From NCBI GenBank assembly GCA_009914755.4, contig CP068257.2, positions 44,416,001 to 44,480,000 on the forward strand: a DNA stretch of 64,000 nt, written 5' to 3'. Under the pieces are notes generated by a model. That model saw only the letters and a program-made list of their open reading frames with translations, was not told the origin of the DNA and ran no database searches. Below are positions 13,286 through 26,080 of this stretch, in pieces; within the stretch, counting starts at the first letter, position 1, and each line of letters begins with the position of its first letter. The position numbers and the translations under genes were made by a program. The stretch is from the human T2T-CHM13v2.0 reference genome, Homo sapiens.

Positions 13286-13785
13286 GGCTGCTCCTGGAGT
13301 TGCACAGAAATGGAATTGTGTGCTTGGATGCCTCCGTGCCCAGCCCCTGTCCCTCCGCGATTCCTCCTTGCTGCTTTGCGGAGCAGTTGTTGGCCGCTCA
13401 CAGCTGGGCAGGGCCTGTCCTGGCAACAGACCCCTCCTGCTGCGGTGGTTCCCTCGGTGGTGGACGGGGCTGTCGGCACATTTTAGCTGTCACCAATAAA
13501 GCTGCTGTGAACATCCCTGTACACGTCGTTGTGTGGAATGAGTTTGGTGTGTCTTAGGGAACTCCTTGGGAGTGGAATGCCTGAGTCACCAGGTGAGGAC
13601 AAACTCAGCCTTTTATGAAACTGCCAAGTGGTTGTGACACTTAAACTCCCACCAGCACTGTGTCATCGTCTGGCAGCCCTGCAACCCCCCAACGTCTGGT
13701 ATCTTTTTAATTTGAGATGTTCCAGTGGGTATGTATTGGTGTGTCACCGTGGTTTTAATTCGCGTTAAATTAACTACTTGGGCTA

Positions 13786-13815
13786 CACACACACACACAC
13801 ACACACGCACGCATA
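13786..13815. repeat. (CA)n microsatellite
   Basis: 'CACACACACACACACACACACGCACGCA'. Confidence 0.8.
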
Positions 13816-14111
13816 TATTTGTTATTATACCAATACCACGGTCTTATTTACTATAGCTTTATAGTAAGTCTTAAAATTAAGTAGTTTAAAACATACAACT
13901 TTGTTCTAAGATTACTTTATTCAAAGCCTTTTGAATTACCATATACATATTAGAATCAGCTTTTTGATGTCCATGAAAAAGACACTGATTGGCATCACAT
14001 TAAATCCAAATATCAAAGATTTAATGAGTTTTGAGGAAAAACTCTAAGCTTAAAAAGTAGGGTTTCCTAATTCGTGAATACAATATATTTCTCTACTTTT
14101 TAGGTCTTTAA

Positions 14112-14466
<355 letters not shown>

Positions 14467-14894
14467 ATTTTCTTAGATTTATCCCTAAGTAATACATTTT
14501 CTTTGATGCTATTGTAAGGCCTTTCTTTGATGCTACAATAAGTCCTTTTAAATTTCTCATTTTCCAGTTATTCACTTTCACTGCCAGAATATGCGATGGG
14601 CTCTCGGGTATGCAGTGTGCCAGTCAGCCCCACCCTGACACAGCGGAGCAGAGAGAGACGGTCCTGACGGAGCAGGCCAGGGATCAGCACCGCCCACTGG
14701 GCCTCTGACCCCTCTGACCCATGACCTCCAAGCCCTGCGGTCAGTCTGTGCCGAGGCCCAGTCTGTGCTGGAGCCCTCCCTGCAGCCCCCTCTGGCAGGA
14801 CTTCAGAGGGATCCCCAGCTCCTGGCCCACATGTCCGCATCTGGCCCAAACACACATTCCTTTCGCCACTCTCCTCTGAATGGAATCTGGCTTG

Positions 14895-16445
14895 CCCCGC
14901 ACAGCCTCTGCCTCCCTCTGCCCCGCACAGCACCCTCCCTCCCTCTGCCCCGCATAGACCCTCCCTCCCTCTGCCCCGCACAGCCCCCCTCCCTCCCTCT
15001 GCCCCGCACAGCCCCCCTCCCTCCCTCTGCCCCGCATAGACCCTGCCTCCCTCTGCCCTGCACAGCCCCCTCCCTCCCTCTGCCCTGCACAGCCCCTCCC
15101 TCCCTCCGCCTCACACAGGCCCCCTCCCTCCCTCTGCCCCGCACAGCCCCCTCCCTCCCTCTGCCCCGCGCAGCCCCCTCCCTCCCTCTGCCCCGCACAG
15201 CCCCCCTCCCTCCCTCTGCCCCCCGCAGCCCCCTCCCTCCCTCTGCCCTGCACAGCCCCCTCCCTCCCTCTGCCCCGCACAGGCCCCCTCCCTCCCTCTG
15301 CCCCGCACAGCCCCCTCCCTCCCTCTGCCCCGCACAGCCCCCTCCCTCCCTCTGCCCCGCACAGGCCCCCTCCCTCCCTCTGCCCCCCGCAGCCCCCTCC
15401 CTCCCTCTGCCCCGCACAGCCCCCTCCCTCCCTCTGCCCCGCACAGGCCCCCTCCCTTCCTCTGCCCCACGCAGCCCCCTCCCTCCCTCTGCCCTGCACA
15501 GGCCCCCTCCCTCCCTCTGCCCTGCATAGACCCTCCCTCCCTCTGCCCTGCACAGCCCCTCCCTCCCTCCGCCTCACACAGGCCCCCTCCCTCCCTCTGC
15601 CCCGCACAGCCCCCTCCCTCCCTCTGCCCCCCGCAGCCCCCTCCCTCCCTCTGCCCCGCACAGGCCCCCTCCCTCCCTCTGCCCCCCGCAGCCCCCTCCC
15701 TCCCTCTGCCCCGCACAGCCCCCTCCCTCCCTCTGCCCCGCACAGGCCCCCTCCCTTCCTCTGCCCCACGCAGCCCCCTCCCTCCCTCTGCCCTGCACAG
15801 GCCCCCTCCCTCCCTCTGCCCTGCATAGACCCTCCCTCCCTCTGCCCTGCACAGCCCCTCCCTCCCTCCGCCTCACACAGGCCCCCTCCCTCCCTCTGCC
15901 CCACGCAGCCCCCTCCCTCCCTCTGCCCCGCACAGCCCCCTCCCTCCCTCTGCCCCGCACAGCCCCCTCCCTCCCTCTGCCCTGCATAGACCCTCCCACC
16001 CTCTGCCCCACGCAGCCCCCTCCCACCCTCTGCCCCACGCAGCCCCCTCCCTCCCTCTGCCCCGCATAGACCCTCCCTCCCTCTGCCCTGCACAGGCCCC
16101 CTCCCTCCCTCTGCCCCGCATAGACCCTCCCTCCCTCTGCCCTGCACAGCCCCTCCCTCCCTCTGCCCTGCACAGCCCCTCCCTCCCTCCACCTCACACA
16201 GGCCCCCTCCCTCCCTCTGCCCCACGCAGCCCCCTCCCTCCCTCTGCCCCGCATAGACCCTCCCTCCCTCTGCCCTGCACAGGCCCCCTCCCTCCCTCTG
16301 CCCCGCATAGACCCTCCCTCCCTCTGCCCTGCACAGCCCCTCCCTCCCTCTGCCCTGCACAGCCCCTCCCTCCCTCCACCTCACACAGGCCCCCTCCCTC
16401 CCTCTGCCCCACGCAGCCCCCCTGCCTCCCTCTGCCCCGCACAGG
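14895..16445. repeat. 27-bp minisatellite (CCCCCTCCCTCCCTCTGCCCCGCACAG)n, about 57 copies, with partial higher-order (~300 bp) periodicity
   Basis: Tandem array with variants (GCATAGACCCT / CACGCAG / CCGCCTCACACAGG). Marker variants recur about 300 bp apart (e.g. 15527 and 15827). It produces the 547-aa periodic minus-strand ORF (GREGGRGxAGQ repeats). Confidence 0.95.
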
Positions 16446-16859
16446 GATCCTGCAGGTTCAGGGTGGAGTGGCCTAGCCCAAGCCCTCAGCCTTTCCTTGT
16501 GAGTCTGAGTGCCTTCTGAAGGGGCTGAGAACCGCTTAGTGGTCTGGACCCTCCCTTGGGGGCTTATGAGCCATCACACCTCGGTCCTGCCATGGAGACC
16601 TCCGGCTGACATCTCCTCAGAGCCTCCCTGGTGTCCAGAGCCCCAGCAGGCAGTGCTAAGCCGGCCACACTGAAGGCCAGGAGGCAGCGCACGGGGACGC
16701 TGGAGGAGCACCTGGTGAGCTGGGAGGCGAGGCCCTGGGACGGGACAAGTAGCAGACGTCTCAGCGCACACAGGCTCCTGCCGGACCCGGAGGGGCTCTC
16801 TGTTCCATGTGGTCCTCCAGGGATTCGGGCTCCTTGGCCCTGAGGGCTCTGCCCACCTA

Positions 16860-17107
<248 letters not shown>

Positions 17108-19624
17108 GAGCTGGGCCGAGGGTCAGGCCTGGAGGTGGTGCCCATCACTGGGTCCCACTCAACAGAGAGGAGGCTGGGAAGCCAGGTGCAGCTGTGTGCC
17201 CACAGGCGGGTGAGACAGGACTGGGCCTGGATCCCGCACCTGCTCGCCGCGCAGCTCAGCGCAAGCGGCCTCCGGGGGCCTCCTCTCTGCAAGGGGAGCG
17301 CGCGCCCGGCCCTGACCCTGCCTGCTGATTCTCTGGAAGGTTCATGTCCAGGACTCCTCGGTGACCCTGGGCAGAGCCACCCACATGCGCTGCCTCCCCT
17401 CCCACCGCCTGACAGGTCTGGAGATGCCCAGAGACTTCTGGCATCCACCAGCAGCGAGGAGCGTCCCTCCCGCAAGGCTTGGCCTTTCCCCTCCAGCTTT
17501 GGCACAGGACGCGTTGGTCTGCCGTTTCTTTTGTGCACAACCATCAGTCATGATGTCAGCCCTGAGCTGGGGCCACAGAACCCTGAGCAAAGTGGGACAT
17601 AATGGAAAGCAAACAAAAAAGAAAGAAAATGATGGTTTCAAACTAAAAACCTGAGTTCACATAGCGATAGATTTAAAACTATTTTAGAAAACACTCATTA
17701 TCTCCCTGGCCTATTTTTTATTAAATTGACCAAATCTGTGGATACTCAATTGCTTGTGATGACTGCAAGCGCACATCCGAGTCCCCAGGGAGGCAGCTTC
17801 CCTTCGCTCTTCGCCAGCGCCCCTCAGTCCTAACTTTGAGGAGGGCACACGTGAGATTTCCTTTTACTAACAGAGAATCTCCAAATCCAGCCTTTTACCA
17901 GAAGCCTCTCCGAGAAACTGGGGTGAGTAAATCGCCGCTGCTGCTGCCACCTTCAGAGAGGCCTTGGGCGCCCGCCCCGACAGCCCCACACGGTCCCGGA
18001 ACTCGGGCCAGGCAACGCCCTCTCCTCCGTGCGGGGCTTAGTCATCGCCGTGCCGCTTGGCAGTGGTCTGTGGCCCCCTCAAAATGTTTCCATTTATGGA
18101 GAGAACGTGGCCTTCCCGATTTGCTGGCACAGATGGGAAAGCTCAAGCGCTCGGGCGGCCTCAGGGTTTCTCTCAAGGGCAGCAGAGGTCAGGGCCTGCA
18201 GGCTGGATGGAAGCTCCCCGCCCGGCCCGGGGGTCTCTGTGCTGCTGCGCTCCCGCCCGGCTCCTTCACAAACCTCCACCAAGTGTGGGACGTGGGCGTG
18301 GGGGGGTGGGCGGTGCCCACCCTGATGGGCACTGTGGTCGTCCACTGGTTCTGTTTGTTTAAAGTCTGGGCCTGAAGGCCTGCATGTCTCACCACACAGG
18401 ACCCTCCCTGCCCGTGACGGGTGGCAGATGGGGTGTAGGCAGCCCCCGTGCTGCCCCTTCCCCAACCCGGGGGTGCACTTGTGTCGGGGCTGGGGTGGCC
18501 GTAGTGGCCCTAGATGTCTGCAGCTGGTGGGCAAAGGCAACACACCCTAAACCCACACCTGGCCCTCGGGCCCACCACGGTGCACGCACCCAGCAGCTGA
18601 AACTGCCTGGCTCCCCCAGCGTCTCTCCCAGGACCACAGCCCCCCAGCGACCGCTCAGCACTTCTGTGGCTTCGGCGGCAGCGCCCGCGGCTTCCTGTCA
18701 CTCTCCCAGCTGGCTGAAGGCACAGACCCTCAGCTTCCACAACCCACAACTCCGGGAGGGGATTCCCAACCACAGACAGGGGTCTTTCCCCCGCAGGAAA
18801 CCTCCCACCCTTCTTCAGGCTGTCAGTGAAACGGCAGCCACTTTTCAAAATAACAGTTTCTCCCTTTACGTGACATTAAAGAGGAAAGCACTCTGCCTTC
18901 ACCTCAGTTCCGTCGCCCACACGACAATCTCTAGGGGGCTGGGGCTGTGAGTCCCCACCACGCAGGTGCCCAGTGGGCGGGGTCGGGGAGGGTGGTGGGA
19001 TCGATGGTAAGGCTTCGAGCTTTATTCCACGTCTCCCTTGAAGAAACTGACTTCTGTGACTGGAAAGATCGGGTGCTCCTGCCTAGAAAGATCCAAGCCA
19101 TCCAACTTACAGCTGGGCTTTCATGTTAAACCCAGGGAGTGGGGTCTGATCCCTGCTCACAGCCTGGGCAGGTAGCACCGTGCTGGGGAGACGTCCAAAC
19201 GAAGGTGCTGGGGCTCAGCTCCCTGCAGGTGGGTCCCGCGGCTCCTGTCCCCCGCGCGGGTGATGTGGCCTCGCCGTGTTCCCGATCGGCTCCCCACAGA
19301 GGCTGCACGTCTTGTGCATCCTCAGTGTCAAAGTAAAATGTCTGAAAAGTTAAAAACATGCCTCTCTCCAAATGCAGGGTAAAGACACAGCTGAGCCTCT
19401 CTTCAGCAGGGAGACGGCAGGGCTGGTGCGGGAGGGGTCGGAGGAGCAGGGACAGTGGGGCCTCAGGAGAGACACTGGGGGGGGAGGCTGTGGGGCAAAA
19501 CCCTGCGCCCTACACAGCAGAGAAGCTGAGCCCAGCAGCGCGGTGCTTCCGTGCACCTTTCCTAGAGAGAGACACGAAACTTCACAGAACTGGAGCCCTG
19601 AATGAACCATGATGTCAAACATGA

Positions 19625-20328
19625 GCACACAGGTTCACAGGCCCAACACCCCACAGGCCCACACAGTCACAGAGTCACAGGTCCACACGTCCACAGGTCC
19701 AACACCCCACAGGCCCACATGGTCACAGATTCACAGGTCCACACACTCACAGGTCCACAGGTCCACACGTCCACAGGTCCACACACTCACAGGTCCACAG
19801 GTCCACATGTCCACAGGTTCACACATCCACAGGTCCACACACTCTCAGGTACACAAACTCTCAGGTTCACAGGCCCAACACCCCACAGGCCCACACAGTC
19901 ACAGATTCACAGGTCCACACGTCCACAGGTCCACACACTCACAGGTCCACACGTCCATGGTCCACATGTCCACACACTCACAGGTCCACGGGTCCACACG
20001 TCCACAGTCCACAGGTCCACAGTTCCACACACTCACAGGTCCACAGGTCCACACATCCACAGGTCCACACACTCACAGGTCCACATGTCCACAGGTCCAG
20101 CAGTACACGGGTTCACACGCAGTCCACGGGTCCATGGGTTCACACATCTACAGTACAAAGGTTCACAGGTACACAGATCCAGAGGTCCACAGGTTCACAC
20201 ATACATGAGTTCATAGGTCCACAGGTAAAGTGGTCCACAGGTTCAGACACCCACAGGTCCATAGGACCACACATTCACAGGCTCACAGGTCTGCCAGTCC
20301 ACAGGTCCACAGGTCCACAGGTTCACAG
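19625..20328. repeat. 8-bp-based degenerate tandem repeat (CCACAGGT / CCACACGT / TCACAGGT)n, about 88 units, with a 24-bp superperiod
   Basis: Continuous 8-bp phase across about 700 bp. It yields periodic ORFs (HRSTGPHV..). Confidence 0.85.
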
Positions 20329-20484
20329 CACTAACACGACAAGAAGCTGGCATACCATACCCCAGTGTGACGCTGAATGGCCCCATCTCTTTCCCACTTG
20401 CCCATATCCAAGTTTTAAATAACCCAAGGTTACAAGTAAGGACACCAGGACATAAACACTTCCCCGAGCCCTATTCTTTAGTGG

Positions 20485-21495
20485 CTTTGTCGATAGGCTG
20501 TGTAGACATGGATGCCCACCTGAGCCCATTGCTCAGTGTCTGTATGGACAGGTGGTGTGGACATGGAAGCTCGCCTGAGTCCGTCCCTCAGTGTGTGTGT
20601 GTGGACAGGTCGTGTGGACGTGGACGTTTGCCTGAGTGCGTCCCTCAGTGTCTGTGTGGACAGGTCGTGTGGTCATGGATGTTTGCCTGAGCCCGTCCCT
20701 CAGTGTCTCTGTGGACAGGTCGTGTGGACATGGACATTTGCCTGAGTCCGTCCCTCAGTGTCTCTGTGGACAGGTCATGTGGATGTGGACATTTGCCTGA
20801 GTCCGTCCCTCAGTGTCTCTGTGGACAGGTCGTGTGGTCATGGATGTTTGCCTGAGTGCGTCCCTCAGTGTCTGTGTGGACAGGTCATGTGGACGTGGAT
20901 GTTTGCCTGAGCCCGTCCCTCAGTCTCTCTGTGGACGGGTCGTGTGGACGTGGATGTTCCCCTGAGCCCGTCCCTCAGTGTCTGTGTGGACAGGTCATGT
21001 GGACGTGGATGTTTGCCTGAGCCCGTCCCTCAGTGTCTCTGTGGACAGGTCTTCTGGACGTGGATGTTCCCCTGAGCCTGTCCCTCAGTGTCTGTGTGGA
21101 CAGGTCGTGTGGTCATGGATGTTCGCCTGAGTCCGTCCCTCAGTCACTCTGTGGACAGGTCGTGTGGACGTGGACATTTGCCTGAGTCCGTCCCTCAGTG
21201 TCTGTGTGGACAGGTCATGTGGACGTGGATGTTTGCCTGAGCCCGTCCCTCAGTGTCTGTGTGGACAGGTCGTGTGGACGTGGACATTTGCCTGAGTCCA
21301 TCCCTCAGTCTCTCTGTGGACAGGTCATGTGGACGTGGATGTTTGCCTGAGCCCGTCCCTCAGTGTCTGTGTGGACAGGTCATGTGGTCATGGATGTTTG
21401 CCTGAGCCCGTCCCTCAGTCTCTCTGTGGACAGGTCGTGTGGATGTGGATGTTCCCCTGAGTCCATCCCTCAGTGTCTGTGTGGACAGGTCATCT
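20485..21495. repeat. 55-bp minisatellite (GTGGACAGGTCGTGTGGACGTGGATGTTTGCCTGAGCCCGTCCCTCAGTGTCTGT)n, about 18 copies
   Basis: Unit starts 'GTGGACAGGT' at 20711, 20766, 20821 and 20876 give an exact 55-bp period. Confidence 0.9.
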
Positions 21496-24064
21496 ACACA
21501 GCCCCATCTGCCTTCAGCAAGCACAAGGAGATATCACACACCAGGGTGAAACAGTCACAGAGGCCGCCAAAGCAGCCACATCCAGAACTTTCTAAAGGTT
21601 AAAGGGTTGCATGGATGAAGGTATTTATTAAAAAGTTAGTAAGTCATGTTGAAGAACTCATTTTTAGAAGTTCTTCTGAGAGAGCCCACACCTCACTTTT
21701 CCTGATGTACCGGTCACAGGGCTCTGATGGAGGAGGGCTGTGGACCCACTCCCAACCCACAGCCTTGGTGGCCCTGGGCAGGCCACCCTTCCCCACCCTG
21801 GCTCTCAGTCCCCATTCATCATGGGACCTTCAGTTCTACAGCTAGGGAAGGATTGTGGTTTGGAGAAGAAATGCAGCCCCGGTCATGCCACAGTATGGAG
21901 GGGCCGTCCCTTCCCCCAGTTCCTCTTGTCCCCCCTCCGAAGCGTCGTTCTGCAGCTTGGCGTTCAGCTCTGACTGGCTTCCTTTAGCCTTGCTTTTCCA
22001 GTGAGGGGTGACTGTGGTGAAACAAGGATCATGAGAATCCATTCAGCCAAAACTCACAGTGGAAGTGGGTCACAGGGTGACCACAGTGAGTCATGCTGGA
22101 GAGGCTCAACCCCCACCTCCCTCGGCTGCCTGGGTCCTCTGGGGATTTCCAGTGGAAAGTCTCTACTTCTGACTCAAGAAGGATGAGGTGGCCCATCCCA
22201 GTGGGAACACTTAAGGAAGTCAACGCAACGGAAATCGATTTGAAATAAACGTTTAGTAAGCTTTTCTGAATCTGTTTGCCAGACCCTGTTCATTATGTCA
22301 AAGTAGGCAAGAGGCCGCATAAATTTGGATGGTATTGGAAACAGTTATCATGCAAGAGTCCTTTCCAGCTCTCGAAAGATGGTTGAGTTGGAAACAGATG
22401 GCGATGGTTGGGGCACATTTCAGACATGGGGAAAAACATAAGAGAAATGAGAGGCAGGGACCTCATGCTCCGTCCTTGGGGAATGGAAAGGGTCCCTTTG
22501 ACAGGGAAACTCCAGCACTGGCTGTGTCGCCGACTCCTGAACTCAGGTGCTCCAGGGAGGGAGCATCTCTTCATGCTCTGACCTTTATGCCAACCCTTTC
22601 TGAAACCACCTCTGCAAAAATTATAATAGTGGGGAAAGTATACAGTGAAAGAGATCTTATCTAACCAGCCCCATCTCACTTTTAACCTCCAAACTGCCTT
22701 TGGTCATTCCTGGGCTTGGCAAGCTAACTTGGGAGGAATTTGGTTTATAGTTTAAATGATAATACCCCTTTCCCAAAACTAAACCACCTTTGTAAACCTA
22801 ACGAAAGACCACCAGGTTAGGAGGACGAGAGGCACCTGAATTTTGCTAAGATGTAGGCAAAAACGATGACCAGCCATTATGCCAGAGGTCACAAGATTTG
22901 CAACGTCTCCACTTACTCCCACAGATCACATCACTATTGTAGAACCTGAGATTGGCCTTTTGGGAAGTCTTTACAGGCTTCTGCATTTCTGATGACTGCC
23001 CCACTCTGACCCGTGACTCTGGGCTCAACTGCTACTGCAGCCCCCACCCAGAAGTGGACTCAGTGCACAAGGACCCTTTTCCATCCGTAAGACTGCCTCC
23101 CCAGCCAATCAACAGCACCCATTCCCTAGACCCCTGCTCACCAAACTATTGTTGAAAATCCCTGGCCTCTAAATTTTCAGGGAGATTGATTTAAGTAGTG
23201 ACTCTGTCTCCCATGTGGCATGGCCAGCCCCATGTTAATTAAGCTCTTTATTGCAAAGCCATGGTCTCGGTGAATTGGTTTTGTCTGTGCAGGGGGAGGA
23301 AGAACCCACCAGGAAACACTTTCCTCCTTCCTGACTTGGATCTGTCCTGGTGCCATCATAATCCCAGAGCCCCAGGCTCCATCTCAGAGCTGAGTTTGGG
23401 TCACCCTCTGCCTTAAGCCGTCCAACTGCTGTCAGTGTAGACGCTTCCTTGGTGGAGACGTCTCATCTCCACCCCACTTTTCCCCTTCCCATACCATGTT
23501 AGGCCCCATGTGTGACCTCTATTTTGGCCGTTGTAAGCCATTCTTAGATTTTCTACAAACCAGACAGAAATTTCTCTAACTCCCAGCAATAGTGGTTGCT
23601 TCCCTGTATACAGCACAGACTCAAGTTCTGGGTTTCCAGAAAGGTGCATTAAAGGGTGAAATCAAATGTTCAGCTCTGTGGGAAGCTGAGAAGTGCAAGT
23701 GCCTCTCATCTGGCCAGAAACATTTATGTGGTCAAGCTGTGCCAAGCTCTGCTGAAGGCAGCGGAGCACCATCCCCTGTTGTCCTTCCTCAGTTTCCTCT
23801 TCACCCATCCCCTTCGAGCACTGTCTACAAAAGAAGAAAATGCACATTTGAAGAAAAGACAGCTAAGTGGAGCCAACATTTTGGTCATATGAATCACTCG
23901 TTGGTTTGTTTGTGATATTTGTTTCTCATTAAGTTGTGAGAAGAACACAGAGGAACACACAAGCACTTGGAATTGTTCTAAATCTTGGGATAAAGGATCT
24001 AACACTTTAAGGCTCAACCCTTAAGACCCTGGAGACTTCACTAGGAACCTTCTTCAGGCTGTTT

Positions 24065-24282
24065 TCTGGCTTATTCTGCACAGGGCAGGTTGGACAGAGA
24101 GGCTGCATGACCACCAGTGTCTAGCCCTGGTGGACTCTGGCTTATTCCACACAGGGCAGGTGGGACAGACTGGCTGCATGACCACTGGTGTCTAGCCCTG
24201 GTGGACACCGGCTTATTCTGCACAGGGCAGGTTGGACAGACAGGCTGCATGACCACAGGTGTCTAGCCCTGGTGGACACTGC
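24065..24282. repeat. 71-bp tandem repeat, about 3 copies
   Basis: 'GGCTTATTCTGCACAGGGCAGGTTGGACAGA.AGGCTGCATGACCAC.AGTGTCTAGCCCTGGTGGAC.C' recurs at 24068, 24139 and 24210. Confidence 0.8.
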
Positions 24283-25474
24283 CTTTCTCAGGGTTTTCTT
24301 ATTTGCTGTGTCTTCCATGGCTGCCTCACTCCTCATCAGTTATGGGCTATAGTAAGCCCCAGCAACAAACTCTGACACAGGCAAGTCTGCCTCCACCATG
24401 CACCATGGGTCATCCAGCTACCGGTCTACAGAGCAGTGTGGCCAGGGGTCTGGCCTGAAACTCAGGAAAAGAAGGACCCTGGCCCATTCCCACCTACTAA
24501 ACTGCAGATCTCAAGCACTGTTTAAAAAAAATCTTTAGACAAATTAAATTTAGCAGTTTACTTGAGCAAACAACAATTCACGAATCAGGCAGCACCCAGA
24601 ACCTCCAGAGGTTCAGCAAGTTCCACCCAGAAACATGGGCAGGCAGCACTTATAGACAGAACCCGGAAGTGAGACACAGAAACAGCCTGATTGGCTATAG
24701 CTGGACGTCTGCCTCATATGGGTGTGGTCTGATCTGTTGGCAGCCTGTGATTGGCTGAAGCTTGGCTGCTGTGATTGACTGAAACTCGGATACTTGTTAA
24801 AAGAATACCAGAAGCCCCTCAACTTACAGTAAGGTTATGGCCCAATAAATGCATCATAAGTAGAAAAAATCATGAGTCAAAAAATGCATTTAATGCCCCA
24901 ATAAACCCATTGAAAAACAAAAAAAAATCATAAACCAGTGTCAGGGATCACTTGAACATGCTTAGTTAGGTTGCAGCTTGTTTACATCCTGAGGTAGGTT
25001 GCAGTTCACTACATATGGGGGCAGCTTCAGGCCAAACTTAATTTAACAGCACCCATAACCCACCCTGGGAGCCCGCATGTGCCCACAGCCCCACAGAGGT
25101 CCTCTGACCCCAAATATGCTCAACAAGAGGCTAGGCAGCCTGGACCTGTCACCTGAAGGGGAAGCCAGATCCTCCCCACCCAGAGAGGCCAGAAGTTCAG
25201 TGCCTGTCCAAGTCACCTGCACCCAGCGGGAGGGAGCCCTGCCCTTCAGAAGTCACAGGGACCTGGCACCAGGGGCCCCGTAAAGCCCAGCAGCATCTGG
25301 GGTGTGGGTTCCACTCGCTGGTTGTGGAAACTGCAGGGGATGCTGAGGGTCCTGCCAGCCCTGCCCGGAGCCCGTCCAGGATCAGTGCCTGTGCAGTAGT
25401 CACGCCTGCCATCTCCGCTGCCTCTACTCACGCTGATTTCATCGGACTTGAGAGAAAGGGGGGCCACAGCAGCG

Positions 25475-25930
25475 TTTTCACAATAGCTAAAAGGTGGAAG
25501 CAATCCACGTGTCCCCAGTGGATGAATGGATAAAGAAAACGTGTCTATCCATGCAACGGAGTATCATTCAGACGTGAAAAAGGACGAAGTCCTGACGCGT
25601 GCTACAACGTGGATGAGCCCGAGACGAGTTCTGCTGAGCGAAGGAATCCAGACACAAACGGCTCCTGTTGTAGGATTCATTTATACGACTTGGTCAGCAT
25701 AGGCAGATCCACAGAGACAGAAGGCAGGCTGGGAGGTGCCAGGGGCTGGAGGACTGAGGAACGGGCAGGGGGGCATCTACTTCACGAGGGCGAGGTTTCC
25801 TCTTGGGGAAATGAAATGTTCTGGAACTGGACCGAGGTGGGGGTTGCACAGCACTGTGAAAGTACTAAATGCGGCTGAACTGTACACTTTTAAAAAGGTT
25901 AAAATAATGGATCCTGAATTTTATCTCAAT
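25475..25930 (+). mobile_element. L1M-family 3'-end fragment
   Basis: Typical old-L1 3' end: 'ACAATAGCTAAAAGGTGGAAGCAATCCA.GTGTCC..TGGATGAATGGATAAAGAAAA.GTG....CCATGCAA.GGAGTATCATTCAG..GTGAAAAAGGA.GAAGTCCTGAC..GTGCTACAACGTGGATGAGCC..GA...TTATGCTGAGCGAA..AATCCAGACACAAA...AGATCCACAGAGACAGAAGGCAGG.TGG..GTGCCAGGGGCTGGAGG..GG..ATG.GAAT..T.AA.GGGTA.AGAGTTTCAGTTTGG.AAGATGAAA.AGTTCTGGA.ATGGAT.GTGGTGATGGTTGCACA.CA.TGTGAA..TACTTAATGCCACTGAACTGTACACTTAAAAATGGTTAAAAT.GT'. Confidence 0.8.
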
Positions 25931-25931
25931 T

Positions 25932-26080
25932 AGGAAGGAAGGAAGTGAGGAAGGGAGGGAGGACGGAAGGAAAGGAGGACGGAAGAGAGGAAGGGAGGGA
26001 GGGAGGAGGGAAGAAGGAAGGAAGGAAGGGATGGAGGGAGGGAGGGATGGAGGGAGGGAGGGAGGGAGGAGGAGAGAGGC
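25932..26080. repeat. (GGAA)n/(GGGA)n purine-rich simple repeat
   Basis: 'GGAAGGAAGGAAGTGAGGAAGGGAGGGAGGACGGAAGG...GGGAGGGAGGGAGGGAGGAGG'. Confidence 0.9.

Noticed and set aside
14741-16384. 547-aa minus-strand ORF and several 200-250-aa ORFs over 14.7-16.4 kb
   Set aside because: All are GREGGRG/PSLPLP-type periodic products of the C-rich 27-bp minisatellite. They are compositional artefacts.
17200-18300. Possible second CpG island
   Set aside because: It is GC-rich with scattered CpGs ('GCGCGCCCGGCCC', 'CCGCCCCGACAGCC'), but CpG density looks well below that of the 59.7-61.15 kb island. There is no TATA or splice signal. This is too weak to call without computing the observed/expected CpG ratio.
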